64,000 nt of DNA from Bacteroidota bacterium (lineage in GTDB: Bacteria > Bacteroidota > Rhodothermia > Rhodothermales > UBA10348): assembly GCA_029262855.1 (NCBI GenBank), contig JAJCYP010000010.1, forward strand, positions 2,108-66,107. The letters run 5' to 3'. The position numbers and the translations under genes were made by a program. Shown here piece after piece: positions 9,187 through 16,640 of the stretch. Below the pieces are notes generated by a model that was not told the origin of the DNA, did no database searches, and saw only the letters and a program-made list of their open reading frames with translations. Within the stretch, counting starts at the first letter, position 1. Each line of letters opens with the position of its first letter.

Positions 9187-10197
9187 TTATCCCACCTTCG
9201 GCAAGGTTCTGTGCCGATTCCTGCCGGTGATCAGTCTCGCCCCTCGCTGGAACTCCAGATAGGACCGGGCCCATCCCGAAAGCACCCAGACGCGATTCCT
9301 GAATCCGACGAGGAATAAAACGTGGATGACCAGCCATGCTAACCAGGCAAAGAACCCGGAGAAGCGAATTCGCCCGAAGTCTGCCACCGCAGCCGCTCGA
9401 CACAAGGTGGCAAGCCAGCCCTTGTCTTTGTAGCGAAACGGCGCGACCTGTTCGCCCCCGGACAGGGTCAAGCCGTCTGCGTCCATTGACTCGACCATCG
9501 ACTCGGTTCTCACCGCAACCCCCAGATCCTGAAGCTGGCGTTCGGCAGCGTCGGACAGCGACTCCGCGTAGCCCGGCAGTACTTTCGCCTGCCCTTCCAC
9601 CAAAACCACCTCGACGTCTTCTGGATGAACCCGAGCGTGATCGGAAGCGGCTTGGCGGCCAATCTCAGCCATCGCACCCGCCATCTCTGCGCCCGTAGGT
9701 CCGGCTCCGACAACAGCGAAGCGTAGCCACTCACGTCGTTTCTCCGGATCTGATTCACGCTCAGCCGCTTCGTAGGCCAGTAGAATCCTTCGCCGGAGTT
9801 CCAACGCGTCCTCGACGCTCTTCAGGCCAGGCGCAACCTCTTCCCATTCTGGATTGCCGAAGTAGGCGTGACGCGCACCGGTGGCGATGACGAGATAGTC
9901 GAACTGAATCGCACCGTTGTCCAGGACCACCATGCTGGTATCCAGGTTCACCGATTTAGCCTCGGCCAATAGCACCCGGGCGTTGGCCTGCCTGCGGAAG
10001 ATCTTCCTCAACGGATAGGCAATGTCCGCGGGGTTGAGAACCGCGGTCGCCACCTGGTACAGAAGTGGCTGAAACAGGTGATGGTTCTCGCGATCGATGA
10101 GAGTGACGTCCACCGGAGCATTCTTCAACGACAGCACGGTATTGATGCCCGCGAATCCTCCGCCAAGGACGACGACGTTTGGTCTCTTGTCACTCAT
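9187..10197 (-). pseudogene. ndh: Type II NADH dehydrogenase with in-frame internal deletion (probably non-functional)
   Basis: VVVLGGGFAG, FQPLLYQVAT, VVGAGPTGAEMAG present, but TLSGGE joins directly to QVAPFRYKDKG; the IWAAG and GD-motif segment is absent (336 aa). Confidence 0.75.
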
Positions 10198-10335
10198 GGA
10201 GTCCCATGTCTGATGAGGTGTCCTCTACGGACGTTCTCTGAGGGATTATGAGAAAATCCTGAGCGGATGATGGTGGCAGTCGCGCCTTTTGTGGCGGGGA
10301 TCGCGACATTCCCCAAAGACTCTTGGAGATCCCCC

Positions 10336-10674
10336 ATGACACGATTTGTTACCCCTACCCTGCTGCTCGTCGCCATCCTGCTCTCAGGGTGTTATCAGAC
10401 GGCTATCACCATGGACAATGAGCCGTCAGAACGCGTGGAGCGAATTCGCGTCGACAAGTTCGTCGGCGGTCTATTCCCAAGGACGCAGCCGGTGCTCGCC
10501 AACGACAACGATCCGATACGCCCATCAGACCCGATAAGCGGGGAGGAAGTTTGCGACGGCCGGAAGGTGCACAAAGTCGAGACCTTCCACTCCTTCTGGA
10601 ACGGCGTTCTCGCAGGCATCACCTGGGGCATCTACACGCCTGTGACCGTGCGCATTACTTGCGCTACTCGCTGA
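10336..10674 (+). CDS. Bor/Iss family lipoprotein
   Basis: Lipobox LSGC; C..VHKVETFHSFWNGVLAGITWGIYTPVTVRITC matches the Bor family C-terminal pattern. Confidence 0.75.
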   Translation: MTRFVTPTLLLVAILLSGCYQTAITMDNEPSERVERIRVDKFVGGLFPRTQPVLANDNDPIRPSDPISGEEVCDGRKVHKVETFHSFWNGVLAGITWGIYTPVTVRITCATR

Positions 10675-10753
10675 CGCGACGGGCCACTCTGGGTTGCGGG
10701 CACCGCGTTCTTGAGTCAATCAGTCAGTCGCACTCTCGCTAGACCCTCCGCTA

Positions 10754-11941
10754 GTGCTCCTTTTTCTCGGATCAGGCGTCTCCGTCCCGTCCGGCCTGCC
10801 AAGCGTGGACGCGATCACCGGCAGTCTCCTCGACGACCGCTGGTTTCACCATGCGGCTGAATGGAAAACACGCACCGGCAGTGACCTAGGGCCGGGTACG
10901 TCGGTCGCCGGATCCCAGTGCCTTCTACGGCGCCTGGCGTCACTTGACAGCGGGTACCTAAAGACAATTGCGCCCTATGAGTCCCAAGGAGGCTACAAGC
11001 ACACCGGATCGATTTATCGGCAGGTCACCACGTACGAAGACCTGTTCTATCTCGTCTCTCAGATTTCCGACTCGTGCGTGGGGCTGCTTGCGGACGCTCC
11101 GACCGCAGCGCTGATCGATCTGCTCTCCGGAGAAACCACGGACTATCTGGAAGGAGACACAAAGGACGCGAGGGTGCATAGTCTTGGACGGTTGGCCGCA
11201 GGTGCGTTCAGGTTGATTGAGTCGCTGGTCGCCAACTCCCTGGCTACGGACCATGTGGTCGGTCTCGATCTGATCTCTGAACTGGCAAACGCAGATTGGG
11301 TTGAAACCCTCGACATCGTCACCCTCAATCACGACACGCTCGTCGAGCGAGTCTTGGCGGACGCAGGCGTGACGTGGGTCGATGGATTTGGAGGAGCGGA
11401 CGGGGAAGCAAGATGGCTTGACAGAACGACCTTCGATTCCCCTCGCTCGAAAGTCACGCTGATCAAGCCCCACGGATCGGTGGATTGGTACTCGTTCCTG
11501 TTTGAGGGAAAACAGCGACCAGCAATCGTCACTGGAGCCGATCCACTGAAGTGCCGAGGCGCAGACGGCCAGATCCTCCAGAACTACGTCAAGACACCGT
11601 CCTTTTTGTCCGGTTCCAACAAGGTTACTTCCTACAACCGAGGCATCTACGCTGAGATGTTCTACCGCTTCCATGAGGCTCTCAAGCGGAATACCAGAAT
11701 GGTGATGTCGGGATACGGATGGGGCGACCTCCCTATCAATTTTCGGCTCGAGGGCTGGCTCGACGAGGACCCAGCGCGCAAGCTGCTCATGCTCTACGAA
11801 GACTTCGACGCACTGGAGGGCCGTTCACTCCAGTTGGCCACAGGTCGAAGACATTGGACTAGCAGCGGGAGGATGATTTCACATGAGAAATGGCTATGCG
11901 ACACCTCCGTGGACGATGTCAAGGCTTTACTGGGGGCATAG
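10754..11941 (+). CDS. SIR2-like (SIR2_2) NAD-binding domain protein, stand-alone
   Basis: LFLGSGVSVPSGLP, VTLNHDTLVE, LIKPHGSVDW and SGYGWGD sirtuin-like motifs. Confidence 0.85.
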   Translation: MLLFLGSGVSVPSGLPSVDAITGSLLDDRWFHHAAEWKTRTGSDLGPGTSVAGSQCLLRRLASLDSGYLKTIAPYESQGGYKHTGSIYRQVTTYEDLFYLVSQISDSCVGLLADAPTAALIDLLSGETTDYLEGDTKDARVHSLGRLAAGAFRLIESLVANSLATDHVVGLDLISELANADWVETLDIVTLNHDTLVERVLADAGVTWVDGFGGADGEARWLDRTTFDSPRSKVTLIKPHGSVDWYSFLFEGKQRPAIVTGADPLKCRGADGQILQNYVKTPSFLSGSNKVTSYNRGIYAEMFYRFHEALKRNTRMVMSGYGWGDLPINFRLEGWLDEDPARKLLMLYEDFDALEGRSLQLATGRRHWTSSGRMISHEKWLCDTSVDDVKALLGA

Positions 11942-11984
11942 CGCGCCAGCCGGCAGACGTCGCCCCGCAGTCTACGCGGACCAG

Positions 11985-12506
11985 CTAAGTCTCATCCACC
12001 TCCCGTACCACCACCCGCCCGCCGTACTTTAGGTGAGGGCACTCACGCGCCGTTTCGAGGGCCTCGTCCAGTGATGCGGCACGGAATAGGAACAGCCCCG
12101 TCGGCGCATCGAAGGGTCTGAGAGAGGACGTTTCCTCGAATCCAGATTCGAGGGCGTACATCTCCTCGGCAAGCTTCTCCCCAATCTCCAGCAATCCCTT
12201 TTCGGCCAGGCTCCCGGCCCACTCGCGGTACTCCTCCACATGCGTATCGCTGGCCCGAAACTCCTCATCTTCGTACAGGAGCAAGAGATACCTGGAAGAA
12301 GTTTCGGCCAACGCGGGGCCGTCCGCCGGAGCCCCGGCAAGACGCGACCCCAACATTGCTCCGACAAGCACCAGGGCCAATGCGGCGGCGGTGGCGGTCG
12401 CCACACGCAAGCCCAGCGGGCGCCGCACAACCCCTCGCCGGCGCAGTGTGCGAACCACTTCCCCGCGCATGGCGTCGGGAGGAGGAGTGTCGTCGAACTG
12501 ATTCAT
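11985..12506 (-). CDS. Membrane-anchored putative anti-sigma factor with C-terminal YciI/DGPF-like domain
   Basis: Short N-terminus, one TM (ATAAALALVLVGAMLG), then YLLLLYE...GEKL...TGLFLFRAASLDEALETARECPHLKYGGRVVVREV; ATGA overlap with the sigma stop. Confidence 0.7.
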   Translation of the reverse strand: MNQFDDTPPPDAMRGEVVRTLRRRGVVRRPLGLRVATATAAALALVLVGAMLGSRLAGAPADGPALAETSSRYLLLLYEDEEFRASDTHVEEYREWAGSLAEKGLLEIGEKLAEEMYALESGFEETSSLRPFDAPTGLFLFRAASLDEALETARECPHLKYGGRVVVREVDET

Positions 12507-13042
12507 AAGCTTCCGTCGTTCTGTTCGGTCAGCAACGCCCTTACCCGGCGGCGGGCCCGCGACAATTGACTCTTGGACGTGCCGGGGACAACATCCAGCA
12601 TCTCGCCGATTTCCTCATGCGTGAAGCCTTCTACGTCGTGCAGCACCAGCACCCGCCGAAATCCGTCAGGGAGCCGGGCCAGCGCCCGGTCCAGGTCTAC
12701 TCGCGACAGAACCGTGTCTTCGGTGTCATTGACGTCCTCCAGGCCTTCGTCCAGCGGGACCGTTCGTCCACCTGAACGCACGATCTCGCGATGGACATTG
12801 ACAACAAATCCTGCCAGCCAGGTCCTTAGCGCTGACCTGGTTTCGAATCCATCGAGACGGGACGCGGCCCGAACCCATGCGCTCGCCACTACCTCCTGCG
12901 CTCTGACAGAATCCCCCGCACAAAGCCGGAGCCCCATCTGCCACAGATACGGCGTGTGGCGGTCGTAGAGCGCTTTGAAGGCGCGCTCACTGCCTCCCGT
13001 GCGGATGGCAGCCAGGAGACTCTCATCTGATGAGTTTTTCAG
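12503..13042 (-). CDS. ECF (sigma-70 family) RNA polymerase sigma factor; probable CTG start
   Basis: SDESLLAAI...AFKALYDRH (region 2), SALRTWL, LARLPDGFRRVLVLHDVEGFTHEEIGEMLDVVPGTSKSQLSRARRR (region 4). Confidence 0.9.
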   Translation of the reverse strand: MKNSSDESLLAAIRTGGSERAFKALYDRHTPYLWQMGLRLCAGDSVRAQEVVASAWVRAASRLDGFETRSALRTWLAGFVVNVHREIVRSGGRTVPLDEGLEDVNDTEDTVLSRVDLDRALARLPDGFRRVLVLHDVEGFTHEEIGEMLDVVPGTSKSQLSRARRRVRALLTEQNDGSL

Positions 13043-13722
13043 CGCGATGACCGCGTGACAGGTTTGGGATCGATTGCCTCGGCCACGACAATCATCAGGT
13101 TCGATGTGGCATGATCGCCACTCACTAGAATGGCATGGCGCAGGTCTGGCGGGCCCCCAAGGCCCAACCCTTCCGCCGAAAGGTAGGGGTAGTATATCAT
13201 GAGGTGAGGCTTCCAGGCTCCGGCGGCCTGGCCCTCGTCGTTGATGAGTTCCTGCGCGCTCGACATCATCCAACTCATTGCGGGCCGGGCAGGCAACCGA
13301 AAGGTGCCGGTCACTATCCCGTCGTTTATCTCCCGATCGATATCGCTTCGCGCGACTCCAAGGTGCATCAGCTCGACCTCGCGCATGTGTATCGCGAGAA
13401 TGGTCGCGGCGCCCTCTTGGTCAAAACAGTGTGGTTCGCGGCTCTCGGGCCAACTCCTGCCTACATAACACGTCACTCCCGAAGTCCCTGGTTCTGCGAC
13501 TTCATAGCCGTTCGGAGTGAATACGTACACCGTGGCAGAATCGGACACAGCTGCCGGTGCGGCGCTGCGAGCCAATGCAATTTCCTCTGCCAGAGGAAGG
13601 ATCTGGCGAGGTCCGAGCTTGGCCTCGCCCCCCGCTCCCGATTCCTGGGCAACTAGGGTGTTGGGCCAGCAGGCCATCACGAGCAGGGGTAGTAGGAATG
13701 GTGTTCGTCGGTTGTGCGTCAC
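13039..13722 (-). CDS. Secreted hypothetical protein, first gene of the ECF operon
   Basis: Signal peptide (PFLLPLLVMACWPNTLVA-QE); SAAPAAV, TCYVGRSW..EPHCFD, KPHLMIYYPY; stop overlaps the sigma gene. Confidence 0.75.
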   Translation of the reverse strand: MTHNRRTPFLLPLLVMACWPNTLVAQESGAGGEAKLGPRQILPLAEEIALARSAAPAAVSDSATVYVFTPNGYEVAEPGTSGVTCYVGRSWPESREPHCFDQEGAATILAIHMREVELMHLGVARSDIDREINDGIVTGTFRLPARPAMSWMMSSAQELINDEGQAAGAWKPHLMIYYPYLSAEGLGLGGPPDLRHAILVSGDHATSNLMIVVAEAIDPKPVTRSSR

Positions 13723-13752
13723 GAGGAGCCCTCATGTGGATGATGTCGTGAG

Positions 13753-13778
13753 TGACCTCAGAGGCGCCTAAGGTTGCA
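13753..13778 (-). promoter_or_regulatory. Candidate ECF-type promoter for the sigma operon
   Basis: Minus strand TGCAACC-TTAGGCGCCTCTGAG-GTCA (AAC -35 core, GTC -10 core), about 30 bp upstream of GTG 13722. Confidence 0.45.
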
Positions 13779-13899
13779 CGGAACAGTCATCCAGCACCCC
13801 GGGAGGGGCGGACCCGGACCCCGCGGCAGCGAAACGACGTCTTGATCCCGTTTACCCATCATCGCGGGGATGCTGATACTGGAGACCCCAAAGGAGTCA

Positions 13900-14220
13900 C
13901 GGATGCCCGTGTGTCTTCAGAGAAGGCTATCGATCCTGGATTAGGACACTTGGTGACCGCCGGCGCGACTCCTGGGCCAGGCGTGTGATGCTCTTTGAGG
14001 TCCAGCGTAAAGGCGACTTCGGATCCCCGCCTGTCACCGGGTCCATCAGTGTGTCGAGGTCCTCCAAGAACGCGTCGTCGGTGGCGGCAAGCGGTCGGCG
14101 GCCCCCTCCCGGGCGACGGACCCGCGGCGACCTCTGATGCGGCGTGCCGGATTCGGCAGCGGCCGCCACAGGCTCCTTCAGATCACGAATCCCTGTGTAG
14201 ATCGTGCACCAAACCCCGGA
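13900..14220 (-). mobile_element. Degraded ISAzo13-family transposase fragment
   Basis: TIYTGIRDL...RVRRPGGGRR...FLEDLDTLMDPVTGGDPKSPLRWTSKSITRLAQE, with GHQVS* continuing in a shifted frame; no DDE part or termini recognised. Confidence 0.8.
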
Positions 14221-14366
14221 GCGCGGACTACAGACACCCGGACTACGTAGCAATCTTTTGGTTTGGGACCTGCTTTCGATCAATTTCGAATCGGCACCCT
14301 ACCGCTTTCCCACCCATTAAGACGGCACAACTCTCTGGTCTGGTCCATCGCCTGACTGCGCAGTCG

Positions 14367-14510
14367 TCACGAAGATTGTAGCGCCTCCTCGACGTTGGTG
14401 TTGCCCTCGCGGTCTTTCCAGTAGTGCAGGTAGGCGTAGCCGAGCGCGCGCCGGAAGAACTGGATCACCCGCTTCTGGGTTTGGATCTCGCGTTAGCCGA
14501 CGGTGCTCAT
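14367..14510 (-). pseudogene. hsdR: Type I restriction subunit R (HsdR) N-terminal fragment with nonsense codon
   Basis: MSTVG*REIQTQKRVIQFFRRALGYAYLHYWKDREGNTNVEEAL resembles HsdR N-termini (MSxVGQRERxTQxRV...LGYxYLGxWxDRxxNxNIEE); TAA at codon 6; ATGA overlap with the upstream gene. Confidence 0.75.
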
Positions 14511-15861
14511 CTTCCGTCCTCCAGGATCTCCCAGCGGCCCCTCTTGGTCGGGCCGACGTGACGGATGCGGCCGGAGTCGCGCAGCTTGTCGAGGTGGTAC
14601 TTGACGCCATCGGGCGTGATGCCGATGCGTTCGGCCAGGATCTTTCGGGTCAGCTTCGGATCCTTGCGCAGGAGGTTTAGGATCCGTTCTTGGGTAGTTT
14701 CTTGGGTAGTCCCCCGAGAAACCTCGCCGGTTCCTCCGGCGATCTCTTCGAGGTAGGCTGCAGAGAACGGGAACTCGACCCACACGTCTCGTGGCTCGAC
14801 CTGGATCTTCGGCTCGGGCGTGCCAGCCTCGCGGCAGGCGCTGAGCACGCGCTGGATGCCGCGCCCCCAGGCTTCAATCTCACCCGACCAGAAGAAGGTG
14901 TTGGCTACATCGGGGTTGAACGGCTGTGAGGGATGCCGCCCGAGGAGCTTATCGAGCGACCAGCCCTCGGGCAGCTCGCCGGGGTTACAGATCAGTAGAC
15001 GATCCGCGTAGACCCGAATCTGGATCGGCGCTGCGACTGAGTAATCGCGGTGGATGACGGCGTTCAATAGGGCTTCACGCAGGGCGCTCTCCGGCATCGG
15101 GTAGCTTTCGATGCGCTGGATCCCCTCGTAGCTGATCTCGGCCTTCAGGTATTTCGTCAGGAGGATATCCAGGATCTTGCCGGGTTGTGAGAACACGTCG
15201 CCGGTGACCTCGTCGTGATACCGGAGGTCCGACTCGCTCGCGAAGTAACCAATCTTGACGGAGGCGCCGGTGACGAACCGTTCTGGATCCCGATGGAAAA
15301 GCAGCACGGCCGCGCGCTTCAGATAGACCCCCTCGGTCAGCCGGAGCTGCTCGAGCAGCCCCTCGTCATCCTCCACGAGGGCATCCGGCGCCAGGCGCTT
15401 GCTGCGCGCGGCGCGTCGGCGAAAACGAGCCAGCGCATCGGCGTCGAGATCCGAGACGGTCACGCCGGGAACCGGCATCGCGTCCCAACGCCGACCGGTC
15501 TTGCCGAGCAGGAAGCGGTTGAGCGCCGCGCCCTTCAGCACCTGCTTGGTGCTGCCGCTCCGGTAGTGGTACTCGCCCCGATAGCTGATCGGAACCGGAA
15601 AGGGAGCGACCCCGATCAGCAAGTACGGCTTGCCTCCTCCTCAAGTAGGTTGATGTCCGCCACGATGCCAAGCAGGTCGCGGAGCTTGTTCGGCAACTCC
15701 TCCATGAGCCGCTCCGCATCCTCGACGCCAACGACCGTCCCGGAGTCATCGCGGCCAATCTCCAGCACGCCTCCCTGCGCGTTGGCAAAGCCGCACAGCC
15801 ATTTCAGGTAGTCGTCGCGCCAGGCGGACTTCCATTCGGTGTGCTGGTCTTCGCTACCCAT
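14507..15861 (-). pseudogene. AlbA_2/Schlafen + HATPase_c_4 + C-terminal HTH protein, frameshifted near 15630
   Basis: ORF 15616..15861 (EDQHTEWKSAW, GFANAQGG) and ORF 14507..15622 (ALREALLNAVIHRDY, EAWGRGIQRV, HTH); restoring one G in GAGGAGGAGG(G)CAAG gives continuous EEEGKPYLLIGVAP. Confidence 0.85.
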
Positions 15862-16309
15862 CCCGGTGGCGCATCAGGTACTCGTAGGCGCCACCCAGAA
15901 GGTCGTCGCCCTCCGCCAGGTTGGCGCGGAAATCGAGCCCGTCGAAGATCGCCACCAGCTTCGAGAGCCGGTCCTGCATCTCCTTGCCGCTGCCGAGCTT
16001 GCCCTCGTCGTTGAATTCGGCCTGGTCGATCACGCCCCTGAGATCGTTGGCCTCGGCCAGGCGGCCGATGATCTTGTTGATCTTGTCGCCGATCTCCTTG
16101 TCGCCGTTCAGCGCGACCATGTCGGCGAAGCCGACACCCTTGGGCACCTCAATCAGCGCGCCGGGCGTGCCGGTGTACTTGTCCGAGACGTACTTCATGA
16201 ACAGCAGCGTCAGGACGTAGTCCTTATACTGCGAAGCATCCATGCCGCCCCGCAGCTGATCGCAACTTTGCCACAGGGAGGAGTAGATCTGGGATTTTTT
16301 CAGGGCCAC
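15854..16309 (-). pseudogene. hsdM: Type I R-M methyltransferase subunit (HsdM), N-terminal domain only
   Basis: MALKKSQIYSSLWQSCDQLRGGMDASQYKDYVL...DDLLGGAYEYLMRH, then an abrupt RDG*; the GQFYTP, SAM-binding and NPPF motifs are missing. Confidence 0.9.
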
Positions 16310-16640
16310 GGGTCAACTTACGGTTCGTGGGGGCTGCACAAGGAGTCCTGTTTACGCCTTAAGACGCACTGCCGCAAGGGGCGTTTTGCACCCAATTGCC
16401 ATCCGCAGCACCCGTTCGTCGTGAGGTAGAGGGCAGCCCAGCGGATTGTCGACTCGCTCCAGCGGGTTGGTCACGGCAAACGGGAGGAAGCTGTCGACGC
16501 CCCAACAGGATCGCTATCGCTCCCGTACGCGGTGCGGTGTCGACCCGAGTCAAACCCACAAGGGGTTGGCACTAACGCCGAGTTCCAAGGTAGCACGTCT
16601 GGGCGATGTGGCGTCTGCGAGCTCGCACGCTGAAAGCCCC

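Noticed and set aside
13043-13273. Longer N-terminus for the ECF sigma
   Set aside because: It lies inside the upstream gene and is not sigma-like.
16310-16640. 330-bp spacer as ncRNA or att site
   Set aside because: No recognisable RNA family, tRNA-end duplication or strong hairpin found manually.
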